A DNA stretch of 54,081 nt from an uncultured Bdellovibrionales bacterium. Its GTDB lineage: Bacteria > Patescibacteriota > Minisyncoccia > Moranbacterales > UBA1568. The stretch's first letter is position 1, and each line of letters begins with the position of its first letter. The stretch spans positions 1-54,081 of the forward strand of contig CAYOIM010000001.1 of the NCBI GenBank assembly GCA_964404075.1, written 5' to 3'. The notes beneath the pieces were generated by a model. It had not been told where the DNA came from and made no database searches. It worked only from the letters and a program-made list of their open reading frames with translations. Positions 25,672 through 34,416 of the stretch are shown here, piece by piece. The translations under genes and the position numbers were made by a program.

Positions 25672-27489
25672 CTACGATTTCTTCAACTCGAGCAAGCCAG
25701 CCACCCGCTGTTTCAAAACTATTGCCAATTGAGCGGTGCCAAATTTCACAACGGCCTGCTTCAGAGCATCCGCATCTTTCGGCTCAACTCTGCCTGCGGC
25801 ACTAGTAGCAATAGCCACGATATGCCCACCTACCGCTGCAAGGAGTCTTTTGGCGCGCTCCCGATCCTCTCTGTATATCTCCAAGAAATTTTCACCTTTG
25901 GCGGCAAGTTTTTCGTCAATAAGAGACAAGCTCTTCGTAAGAAATGTTTCAATATCTCTTTGCGCATCTTGTTTCAAAGATTCCACATCCACCAACTCCG
26001 TCGATTTCACGGTTGCCCCCTCATAAACGGGGCCTCCCAATGCCTCCAATCGGCTCTGCCAGAGAGTACTTAATCCTTTATTAACAGCAACAACACGCGG
26101 CTTCAGCTGATCATCGAACAGCTTCGAAAATCCAGGCAGCGCCGTGTTCTTCAAACGATTGCGCTGATCTATCATCTGATGCAACACTTCATGGAGTGGT
26201 TGAAACTCCGCGCTCGTATCCTTCGGATCAATCGGTATGAAGGCTCTTGTCCCCTGTTGAGACTTCCCTCCCGAGCGTTTATGGTTGCCATTTTGTTCTC
26301 TCTTGCCGATATCTTCCAATGCTACCGCATCCGGCGCCTGTGCAATTTTCTCTTCCCATGTTTTCCGTACGAGTTCCAGAGCTAATGTAAATTTTCTCCC
26401 GAGATACAATGTTTCTAGCTCTGTATTCATCTCAACCCATATCACTCGCGCTTCACGCTGTGTCGTCCTACTCATAGCATCAAATACCTGCTTGGCCTCA
26501 TCCGATACCGGAAGGAAAATCTTTTTCTTCGTCGACTTCTCCGTTGCCGGATCTATCTCATACGAAAACACGGTTTCGATATTGGTATAATCCACCAAAT
26601 CAATCAATGTCTCTTTTCCTCGCTGCTCCTCTTCAAGATGTCGCCTGTATGATGCTAATTGCTCAGCTGAATTTTCAATGACATTTTCTGTAAATTCTGG
26701 TGCAACTACATTTTCGACAACTAGTGCTTGTGTATCACCAACAACGGCACGCTCCGACTTTGGAGCACGCCCTTTCCTTAGCGCACCTTTCGTCGTCGTA
26801 GCTTTGTTTCCTCCCTCTTCAGTATCACTCAAACGCATTTTCCTTTGTCCGGGCTTGCGACCTCGCTTTTTATTTTCCGATCCATCAGAAACATCTCCGT
26901 CTTCCCCGAGTGGAAAAGTATCTAGAATAGTCTTTGCAAAAGCGACAATTTCCTGCATATCCCGTGATGCATCCTGCTTACCGACCAACTTCTTTTCATA
27001 CGCGAGTACTAATTCTTTCAAATGCTGCCTCTTCATGGAGAAATCAACCCGAAAGAACCAATTCTGATCCTCACTATACCCCTCCACGCCAATCAACGAA
27101 ACATCGACTTGATTCAACTTATTGAGCAGACCCCTCCCAAACATCTTATTCCCTTCCTTTTCTCCAATTTCACCCTGTTTCGCTCCATCGGCAAATCCAC
27201 CATCAACTGTTCCTGATTTTCCAGGCTTCCGTTTCTTATATCCCTTCCTCTTCAAGACACTCTGGAGGATACTTTCCGGGAGCACATGAGTTGCACCTCC
27301 CACGGCATACTCCACTTTCCGGGCAGTCATATTCCCTGGTGTTTCTGCTCCCGCCTGGACATTCAGTCCATGCGCAGAAATAATATGGAAATCCGGTAGC
27401 TTCTTCCCGTTCCCATCTCGAGATAATTTCGAACGAAAAGTCTCGCCCGCTTTGATTTTTGGATCCAAAAAATTCATTCCTTCACCCAT
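25672..27489 (-). CDS. ~605-aa hypothetical protein (orphan)
   Basis: ORF 25672..27537 (TTG). The first ATG is at 27489 (MGEGMNFLDPK). AT-hook-like KKRGRKPGQRK. No TM and no recognisable catalytic motif. Confidence 0.55.
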   Translation of the reverse strand: MGEGMNFLDPKIKAGETFRSKLSRDGNGKKLPDFHIISAHGLNVQAGAETPGNMTARKVEYAVGGATHVLPESILQSVLKRKGYKKRKPGKSGTVDGGFADGAKQGEIGEKEGNKMFGRGLLNKLNQVDVSLIGVEGYSEDQNWFFRVDFSMKRQHLKELVLAYEKKLVGKQDASRDMQEIVAFAKTILDTFPLGEDGDVSDGSENKKRGRKPGQRKMRLSDTEEGGNKATTTKGALRKGRAPKSERAVVGDTQALVVENVVAPEFTENVIENSAEQLASYRRHLEEEQRGKETLIDLVDYTNIETVFSYEIDPATEKSTKKKIFLPVSDEAKQVFDAMSRTTQREARVIWVEMNTELETLYLGRKFTLALELVRKTWEEKIAQAPDAVALEDIGKREQNGNHKRSGGKSQQGTRAFIPIDPKDTSAEFQPLHEVLHQMIDQRNRLKNTALPGFSKLFDDQLKPRVVAVNKGLSTLWQSRLEALGGPVYEGATVKSTELVDVESLKQDAQRDIETFLTKSLSLIDEKLAAKGENFLEIYREDRERAKRLLAAVGGHIVAIATSAAGRVEPKDADALKQAVVKFGTAQLAIVLKQRVAGLLELKKS

Positions 27490-27595
27490 ACAATAAAACA
27501 CACCACCACTCCCAAAGAGAGAGTCAATGGAGTTCAATACTTTTTATGCTATAATTTTATCACAAGTCACCCAAAACAAACAATCGATCCTTCCT

Positions 27596-29176
27596 ATGCC
27601 AACGCATGCTCGCTGTGTCTCTCCTCTCTTCCTCGGACTCGGGGCGATCATCGTCCTCGCTTTTTTTCTCCGCTTCTACAATATCGAGAACCTCCCCGCC
27701 GGACTCTATCCCGACGAGGCGATGAACGGTACCAATGCGATCACCGCGAACGAGACCGGAGAGTACAAGCTGTTCTACGAAGAGAACTCCGGTCGTGAGG
27801 GACTCTTCATCAATCTCCAGGCGTTCGCGCTCAAGACTTTCGGCTACACCATCCCCGCATTGAAGCTCTGGTCGGCCATTTTCGGCACTTTGACCGCGCT
27901 CGGCATCGGACTCCTTGCCTGGGAACTCTTCTCCCGGAGGTCAGCCGCTCTCATCACCGCCTTCATCACTGCCACTTCCTACTGGGCGATCAATTTCTCG
28001 CGCATCGGCTTCCGCGCTATCATGACATCCCTTCTCCTTTCATTCTCGTTCTTTTTCTTCTTCCGCGGACTACGGACACGGAGGATCATTTTCTTCATCC
28101 TCGCCGGAGGCATCTTCGGACTCGGCGTCCACACCTATATCGCTTTCCGCCTCGCTCCCATCATCCTCGTCCTCCTCCTCCCGTTCCTCATGCTCTCGTA
28201 TGAGGATTTCCTCAAGCGCTATTGGAAGCACGCGCTCGCCTTCATCTGTAGCGCCTTCATCGTCGCGAGCCCGATGTTCTACGATTTCTATCAGAACCCG
28301 CATCATTTCTCCGATCGATCCGAGGACATCTCTCTCTTCTCTCCGAAAGTGAATCATGGCGACTTCTGGGGCACCCTCACGAAAACGCTCGGTCTCTCCC
28401 TCATCAAGTATAATTTCGTCGGCGACCAGAATTTCCGCCACAATTACGCACCCTATCCTGTCCTCGACCCTATCGTCGGCACCTGTTTCCTCGCCGGATT
28501 CCTCTTTCTGCTCGGACAGACCTGGAGGCTCCTCCAGCTTCGCCTGCGTTCCGGAGAATACTCGCCACATCTGGCACGAAACGCCTTCCTCTTCATCATT
28601 TTCTTCGTTATGCTTGCTCCGGAATTTCTCACCGATGAAGGTCTCCCGCATGCCCTCCGCTCCATCGGCACCCAAGTGCCCGTTTTCCTCTTCGCCACTT
28701 TCCCCATACTCTTCCTCTTCGATCTCGCCCTGCGAAACAAGGGCGGCCGTCGTATCATCTTTTTCTCCTTCATCGTGATCGCCCTCGGAACGAGCGCTCT
28801 CTGGAACACGGTGAAATACTTCTCATTCTTCGCGCACAACCCGAAGCAATACAGCTCTTTCGGCGCGACTTTCAAAAATATGGCGGAGCATATCAATACC
28901 GCCCCGGAGGAGACCCATATGTTCCTCTATGCGAATACCGGCTATATCGACCTCCAGGCCATACTCTTCCAGACCTATCATCAGGCGCGCAATTTCACCG
29001 TCCTCAAACCGGAAACGACCATCACCCTTCCCGCGGAAATCATCATGATGCGCTGGGATGAAGATCTCTTCCAGCGGATCAAGATACGATCACCGCAGGC
29101 ATACACCGAAATGATCCCCTCCGACTCGGGCTATGCCGATTTCAAAACCATCGTGATACCGGAAGCGCAGAAATAA
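27596..29176 (+). CDS. GT-C fold glycosyltransferase, GT39/ArnT-PMT-like
   Basis: ORF 27527..29176, trimmed to ATG 27596 (MPTHARC...). Polytopic. The first loop FLRFYNIENLPAGLYPDEAMNGTNAI resembles ArnT/PMT family proteins. Confidence 0.75.
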   Translation: MPTHARCVSPLFLGLGAIIVLAFFLRFYNIENLPAGLYPDEAMNGTNAITANETGEYKLFYEENSGREGLFINLQAFALKTFGYTIPALKLWSAIFGTLTALGIGLLAWELFSRRSAALITAFITATSYWAINFSRIGFRAIMTSLLLSFSFFFFFRGLRTRRIIFFILAGGIFGLGVHTYIAFRLAPIILVLLLPFLMLSYEDFLKRYWKHALAFICSAFIVASPMFYDFYQNPHHFSDRSEDISLFSPKVNHGDFWGTLTKTLGLSLIKYNFVGDQNFRHNYAPYPVLDPIVGTCFLAGFLFLLGQTWRLLQLRLRSGEYSPHLARNAFLFIIFFVMLAPEFLTDEGLPHALRSIGTQVPVFLFATFPILFLFDLALRNKGGRRIIFFSFIVIALGTSALWNTVKYFSFFAHNPKQYSSFGATFKNMAEHINTAPEETHMFLYANTGYIDLQAILFQTYHQARNFTVLKPETTITLPAEIIMMRWDEDLFQRIKIRSPQAYTEMIPSDSGYADFKTIVIPEAQK

Positions 29177-29190
29177 TTTATCATAGGAAG

Positions 29191-29283
29191 TATGTGTTTA
29201 TACGGTTTTTGAGACCGCCTCGCAGCGCAGATTCTCTTCCCGAATCGAGCAGGGAATGGTCTCAAAAACCGTATAAACACATA
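29191..29283. repeat. Long hairpin with conserved loop (CCTCGCAGCGCA...CGAGCAGGG family), copy B
   Basis: Perfect 26-bp arms: TATGTGTTTATACGGTTTTTGAGACC (29191-29216) / GGTCTCAAAAACCGTATAAACACATA (29258-29283). The loop holds CCTCGCAGCGCA (29218-29229), the inner hairpin GATTC-TCTTCCC-GAATC (29230-29246) and CGAGCAGGG (29246-29254). Confidence 0.85.
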
Positions 29284-29319
29284 TTCTCAAAAAAATAATA
29301 CTTATCTCCTATAAAACTT

Positions 29320-31278
29320 ATGCATCAATTCCTTCAATTCATGAAGCATCACCCGGCAGTCATCATATCTCTCATGCTCGCCGTTTTCCTCGGGTTCACG
29401 CTCCGGACGGCCTGGACCGATTCCGCCACCTACGATGAACGGGCGCATATTCCCGCATCCTACAGCTATGTCCGCTATGGAGATATGCGTATCAATTACG
29501 AGCATCCTCCACTCCTGAAGGACTTCGTCGGGCTCTTCCTCCTCCCGCTCTCGCCTGTCTTCCCCATCACCGATCCGCTCTGGACCGAGGGCGTCAACGA
29601 ACAATGGAATATCGGGACCCTCTTCCTCTACGGTCTCGGCAATGACGCCGATCTCCTCATTTTTCTCGCGCGTCTCCCCATCATCCTCCTCGGTCTCCTC
29701 GCCGCGTATTTTCTCTACCGGATGACCAGGGAAAGCGCCGGCACGCTCGCCGGAATCTTCGCAGTCCTTCTCTTCGCCTTCGATCCGAATATCATCGCCC
29801 ATGCGCACTATGTCACGACCGATCTCGGCATCGCGACCGCCATCCTCATCGCGACCTTTTTCTTCGTCCGCTTCCTAAAATATCCTTCGACGAGAAATCT
29901 CGTCATCGCCGGCATCATCCTCGGGCTCGCGCAATCGGTGAAGTTCTCCGCCCTCCTCATCCTCCCGATCTTCGGCATCATGTCGGTCCTCTACGGGCTC
30001 GGGACGGCGGTCAAGCTTCCCTGGATCGAGCGGTTCAAGCTCGCCTTCGCCTATGCGAAAAAATATGTCGCCATACTCCTACTCTGCTTCATCACAGTGT
30101 ATGCCGTTTATCTCCCGAATGCTTGGAATATGCCCGGAGAACAGATGAACGCGCTCGCCGAACAGAAATTCAACGATGACCGCCCAGCGAAAGTCTTCGC
30201 GCGCAATGTCATCGCCAACATGGAGCAAATCCCTGTTCTCAAACCATTTACTCACTACACGCTCGGTGTCATGGTCGTCTTTACGAGGGTCGCCGGCGGG
30301 AATGTCTTCTTCTTCAACAATCCGTTCTTTCAGGATACCGGAAGAGAACTCGTCTCGACGCAGGCGTCTCCCTTTTATTTCCCCGCGGTCTTCCTCATGA
30401 AGGAAACCATCCCCTTCCTCTTTCTCCTCTTCTTCTCCATCGTCTATAGTCTCTCTCAAATCGCGAGACTTCCGCTCTGGAGGGAAAAAGCATCCCTGGG
30501 ACTGAAAAGTATTCTCGAAAGTTTCCACACGAAAGTGACCGAGTGGACCATCGGAGGATTTATCGCGCTCTATCTCATCCTCTCCATCACCGGCAACCTC
30601 AATATCGGACTGCGCCACCTCTTCCCGATCATCCTCTTCCTCTCCTTCTTCGTCGCGAAAACCCTCGCACAATTCGTGAAACGATGCACGAGAAATGAAG
30701 AGCACCTCGCTCCCGAACACCAGCTCAATCGTCGCATCCTCTCCATCATCGGATTTGGATTCTCGCTCTGGATCATTATTATCCCCTTCATGGCCTATCC
30801 CAACTTTCTCTCCTCCTTCAACGAAGCGATCGGCTCCGAGAACGGCTATCAGTATGTCACGGACTCCAACTATGACTGGGGTCAGGACATGAAACGGGTG
30901 AAAGCATTCATCGACATCTATAACAACTTCTGCATTACAGACGGAGATCTCTATGGTTATTGCCGGAAAATTCTTGGAGCCACTCCAACCCCATCACTCA
31001 TGCCGATCACGACCATCCGCGTCGATTACTTCGGCGGTGCGGAGCCGAGCTACTATCTCGGCACTGCGTACAAGCCCTGGTACGGCGGCCTCGATCCCGA
31101 AGCCGGCTGGTATGCCCTCTCGACATTCTTCATCCAAGAAGATACTTACAAAAATATCATCCCGGGTACCCCGAGCTACCGCGATTGGCTCTGGAAGTTT
31201 CAGCCCATCGCCCGTGCCGGCGAATCCATTCTCATCTACTACCTAACGAAAGAGGACATCCAATCACTTGGAAAGTGA
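29320..31278 (+). CDS. GT-C fold glycosyltransferase, GT39/PMT_2-like (second paralogue)
   Basis: Polytopic, 652 aa. DSATYDERAHIPASYSYVRYGDMRINYEHPPLLKD matches the conserved first loop of phospholipid-carrier-dependent glycosyltransferases. Confidence 0.75.
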   Translation: MHQFLQFMKHHPAVIISLMLAVFLGFTLRTAWTDSATYDERAHIPASYSYVRYGDMRINYEHPPLLKDFVGLFLLPLSPVFPITDPLWTEGVNEQWNIGTLFLYGLGNDADLLIFLARLPIILLGLLAAYFLYRMTRESAGTLAGIFAVLLFAFDPNIIAHAHYVTTDLGIATAILIATFFFVRFLKYPSTRNLVIAGIILGLAQSVKFSALLILPIFGIMSVLYGLGTAVKLPWIERFKLAFAYAKKYVAILLLCFITVYAVYLPNAWNMPGEQMNALAEQKFNDDRPAKVFARNVIANMEQIPVLKPFTHYTLGVMVVFTRVAGGNVFFFNNPFFQDTGRELVSTQASPFYFPAVFLMKETIPFLFLLFFSIVYSLSQIARLPLWREKASLGLKSILESFHTKVTEWTIGGFIALYLILSITGNLNIGLRHLFPIILFLSFFVAKTLAQFVKRCTRNEEHLAPEHQLNRRILSIIGFGFSLWIIIIPFMAYPNFLSSFNEAIGSENGYQYVTDSNYDWGQDMKRVKAFIDIYNNFCITDGDLYGYCRKILGATPTPSLMPITTIRVDYFGGAEPSYYLGTAYKPWYGGLDPEAGWYALSTFFIQEDTYKNIIPGTPSYRDWLWKFQPIARAGESILIYYLTKEDIQSLGK

Positions 31279-31353
31279 TAGAATGTAGAATAGAGCTGGG
31301 CAAAGTATTGAAAATAAAGAAAGAGGAAAAATGTATTCACACGAGTGTCTTCA

Positions 31354-31400
31354 GGAAACAGCGGACGCACCGCCCGCAGGCGGAGCGACCGGCTGTTTCC
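31354..31400. repeat. ACAGCGG-type palindromic (REP-like) element
   Basis: GGAAACAGCGGACGCACCGCCCGCAGGCGGAGCGACCGGCTGTTTCC, between convergent genes. Confidence 0.8.
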
Positions 31401-31416
31401 CTCCCCTACCACATAA

Positions 31417-32292
31417 CTACTCCCCCTTCACCGTATAGTACACCTTGTTCGCCGTCCGGAGATCCACCCGGGCGAGTCGATCGCGATCAGACTCCGGGAT
31501 ACCGCGATTGAGTGCCGCCTGAAGCGTCATAAGGGTATCATCTATCGATTGATGACCATCAACCATCATATCGAATCCTCCCTCGACATGAAAAAGCAAT
31601 TCTCCCGAAAATCGTGAGATGACCCGGACTTCCGGTGTCATTGTTTTCCCGAATCGACTCTCGAATTTCTGCATACACTCGGGAATAAATGTATCGAGAG
31701 ATGCATCTATGACAGCATCTCCCACTGTCGTTTCCCTGCCTTCCTCATCCCAAAGAATCACTGTGGATGGATCATCGAGGACCGAATGAATATTCGGGTG
31801 ACTCCGCGCCACTCCAGCCTCATCCAAGACGAAGTCACCATTCATCGATCGCCAGACGATGACGGATGATCGTTCACCAATCCGCACCGCCAGCCCATTC
31901 GGAAATGATCGCTCCACACTGACGGACCCGATAACCGGAGAGAAGTCCCTGATATCCGAAAGGATTTTCTCCTTGGGAAGAAAGAAAAAATTATTCCTCG
32001 GAAATACCCGCAAGTGCCTCCCCTCCATATCCATACGAACGATGTCCCTGAGATCTGCCGCCGAGATGCGATCCTGACCAAAAAAAGCGATATCGACAAT
32101 CGTCGTCTCACCCGAAAAGAAGAGGAAAGAGGAAAGGGTGCAGACAAAAACCCCCCAAAGCATGAGAGCGACGAGAAAATATGACTGAATCGCTCTGCGC
32201 TCTGGTCTCACCCGCTGTTCCCTCCCCCCGGAAAATTCCGAGAATGGAATGATGAGTGTCTTTTTCGTTTGTCTTCTTTTCAGAAAATTCAT
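31417..32292 (-). CDS. ftsQ: Cell division protein FtsQ/DivIB-like (POTRA)
   Basis: ORF 31417..32310. The ATG at 32292 is preceded by GAGAGGAGGA. TM, then a POTRA-like region ISAADLRDIV...VSVERSFPNGLAVRIGERSSVIVWR. Confidence 0.75.
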   Translation of the reverse strand: MNFLKRRQTKKTLIIPFSEFSGGREQRVRPERRAIQSYFLVALMLWGVFVCTLSSFLFFSGETTIVDIAFFGQDRISAADLRDIVRMDMEGRHLRVFPRNNFFFLPKEKILSDIRDFSPVIGSVSVERSFPNGLAVRIGERSSVIVWRSMNGDFVLDEAGVARSHPNIHSVLDDPSTVILWDEEGRETTVGDAVIDASLDTFIPECMQKFESRFGKTMTPEVRVISRFSGELLFHVEGGFDMMVDGHQSIDDTLMTLQAALNRGIPESDRDRLARVDLRTANKVYYTVKGE

Positions 32293-32320
32293 AGCGTGTC
32301 CTCCTCTCAAGACGGATTTT

Positions 32321-33190
32321 CTATGCGGAGAGAAATAGGGAATCGAATGCCAATCTCCCGTTCGCTGGCGTCTCTTTCAGGGTTGCGAGCAAAGAATGCA
32401 TCCGATCGAGAAAGAGCAGTTTTTTTCTGACAGCCGTCACTTCCCCTCCTTTTCGCAATTGCTCCCGTGCGCCGAGGAGGTACCATTCGCAGAGCTCGAT
32501 CCCCAACGGGACATTTTTCCCCAACTGTTCCGACAGAGCGAGCCGTTCCGATACCGACAGAGACCCGAGACGGAAGAGCTGGCGCAAGAATATCTTCTTT
32601 TGCTCGAAACCCTTCGCATCCCGCGCCGCCTCGATCGGAAGTCCCGGTCGTCCGAGAGAGCAAAAGAACGGTTCCACTGCCGTACCGTCAGGAAAGAGTT
32701 CCTGCATACCGGCGATGATCTCCTCCTCTGCCACCGGCTCGAAAGAAATCGTCTGGCATCGCGACCGTACGGTGCCGAGTATGCGCCCCGGCTCATGCGT
32801 GATAAGAATGAGGATGGCGCTATCGACCGGATCCTCCAGCATCGTGAGAAGCGCATTCTGAGCGCCTTCCGTCAGACGATGCGCGTCCCGCACGATGCCC
32901 ACGCGGAACTTCCCCCGTGAAGGATAACTCGAAAGGAATATCCGCAATTCCCGTATCGTTTCCACCGGAATCATCTTCCCCTTGATCACTCCATGCTTCT
33001 CCTCCTGCAGAGGCTCTGCCACACGGATATCGACCACGGAACCGCCGGTAAGCAGGTCCGCGAATTCCTCCGCCACCAAAAATTTCCCGACCTTGTCCGG
33101 TCCGGAAAAAAGAGAGGATTGTACCGGCGAACCGCTTGCAACCATGCGCGACAAGAGCTCCCGTTCTTTTTCGTGACCGATGATACTCAT
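32321..33190 (-). CDS. holB: DNA polymerase III subunit delta'
   Basis: MSIIGHEKERELLSRMV...SSLFSGPDKVGKFLVAEEFADLL (degenerate P-loop typical of delta') and ...NALLTMLEDP... Confidence 0.7.
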   Translation of the reverse strand: MSIIGHEKERELLSRMVASGSPVQSSLFSGPDKVGKFLVAEEFADLLTGGSVVDIRVAEPLQEEKHGVIKGKMIPVETIRELRIFLSSYPSRGKFRVGIVRDAHRLTEGAQNALLTMLEDPVDSAILILITHEPGRILGTVRSRCQTISFEPVAEEEIIAGMQELFPDGTAVEPFFCSLGRPGLPIEAARDAKGFEQKKIFLRQLFRLGSLSVSERLALSEQLGKNVPLGIELCEWYLLGAREQLRKGGEVTAVRKKLLFLDRMHSLLATLKETPANGRLAFDSLFLSA

Positions 33191-33208
33191 ACTCTCGTAA
33201 TTTCAAAA

Positions 33209-33302
33209 TCTAAATTTCAAATGTCAAATCAATGATTCAAATTCAAATACTTAAAATTCTAATATTTAAACTTGATTTGATATTTGGAATTTGAAATTTA
33301 GA
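33209..33302. repeat. AT-rich imperfect long hairpin between GT1 and holB
   Basis: TCTAAATTTCAAAT (33209-33222) and TCAAATCAA (33224-33232) pair with TTGATTTGA (33272-33280) and ATTTGAAATTTAGA (33289-33302). It is built from the same TCAAAT/ATTTGA words as the coding-region arrays. Confidence 0.7.
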
Positions 33303-33303
33303 C

Positions 33304-34416
33304 TTAATGCCTATCAATAATATTCCTCATCTTCTCCTGAAATATTTCCTTCGAGAATCCTCTCATCGCTTGTCGCATACCTTCCCGATCATAGACCTGT
33401 TCATGATCGATGAACCGGCGAACACCATCGGCGAGGATTTCCGGCGTCTGTGCGAAGAAGAGCTCGCCGTTCACGCCGGAACGCACCAATTCCCGCGCGC
33501 CTCCATGCTCGAAAGCGATGACCGGCGTTCCACAGGCAAGCGATTCCGCGATCGCTAATCCGAAATCCTCCTCCGCGACATGGATGAGCGCCCTCGCCCC
33601 GCCATACCACTTGACCATCTCATCATCCGCTTGGAATCCTTTGAAACGAATTCGTTTCCCCGCTTTCTTTTCCCATGCTTTTCGAAGCGGTCCCGACCCG
33701 ATGATGACGAGCGGAAGCTCCAGCTTCTTGAAAGCATCGATCGCCACGGCGATCTTCTTCGCCTCCGTCAATCGCGACACCATGAGAAAATAACCGTTCC
33801 TCTGGTCATCCCAGACTCGACCCGGGATCCCCTTCAAAGAGACCGGCGGGTATACTACCTCCGATGGTAACCGATAGTACTTCGCGATCCGCTCCCTGGT
33901 ATATTCCGAATTGGCGATCAGTACATCGGGTCGCTGTGCCGCCTGCTTGTCCCAAATTCGCAGATACGAGAGCATGACCCGCCCGAGAAATCGAAAAGGA
34001 ACGAAAAATCCGAGGGAACGGAGATACGATTCATTCTCATCCCACACGGAGCGCATGGGTGAGTGGACATAGGCGATATGTTTCGTATGAAGCCGCGTCA
34101 CGATGCCCTTGCTCCACGCGCCGGATGACGAAATCACGAGATCGAAATCCCGGAGGTCGAATGCCTCGATCGCCACCGGATAGAACGGGAGGAGCCACCG
34201 ATGTCGTCGCCTGAGAAAGCCGGGGAATTTCGCGAGAAACGATACCCTCACCTCGCGATGCGGAAAATATCGCCTGACGATGCGCGGATCGGCGAGCAAG
34301 GTATACACCGGCGCCTCCGGATACATCTCGATGAGGGACTGCAAAACGCGCTCCGCCCCCCCGAAGGCGAGCAGAAAATCATGAACGATAGCTATTTTTT
34401 TATCATTTTCGTTCAT
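33304..34416 (-). CDS. Glycosyltransferase family 1 (GT-B, GT4-like)
   Basis: ORF 33304..34479, trimmed to ATG 34416 (MNENDKKIAIVHDFLLAFGGAERV). C-terminal EDFGLAIAESLACGTPVIA is the E-x7-E region. Confidence 0.8.
   Translation of the reverse strand: MNENDKKIAIVHDFLLAFGGAERVLQSLIEMYPEAPVYTLLADPRIVRRYFPHREVRVSFLAKFPGFLRRRHRWLLPFYPVAIEAFDLRDFDLVISSSGAWSKGIVTRLHTKHIAYVHSPMRSVWDENESYLRSLGFFVPFRFLGRVMLSYLRIWDKQAAQRPDVLIANSEYTRERIAKYYRLPSEVVYPPVSLKGIPGRVWDDQRNGYFLMVSRLTEAKKIAVAIDAFKKLELPLVIIGSGPLRKAWEKKAGKRIRFKGFQADDEMVKWYGGARALIHVAEEDFGLAIAESLACGTPVIAFEHGGARELVRSGVNGELFFAQTPEILADGVRRFIDHEQVYDREGMRQAMRGFSKEIFQEKMRNIIDRH

Noticed and set aside
16217-27537. An integrative conjugative element or prophage as the explanation of the accessory cluster.
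   Set aside because: No integrase, relaxase, VirB4, portal, terminase or capsid-like ORF is recognisable. The flanks are not tRNA/att-like direct repeats. This is left open as an unclassified system.
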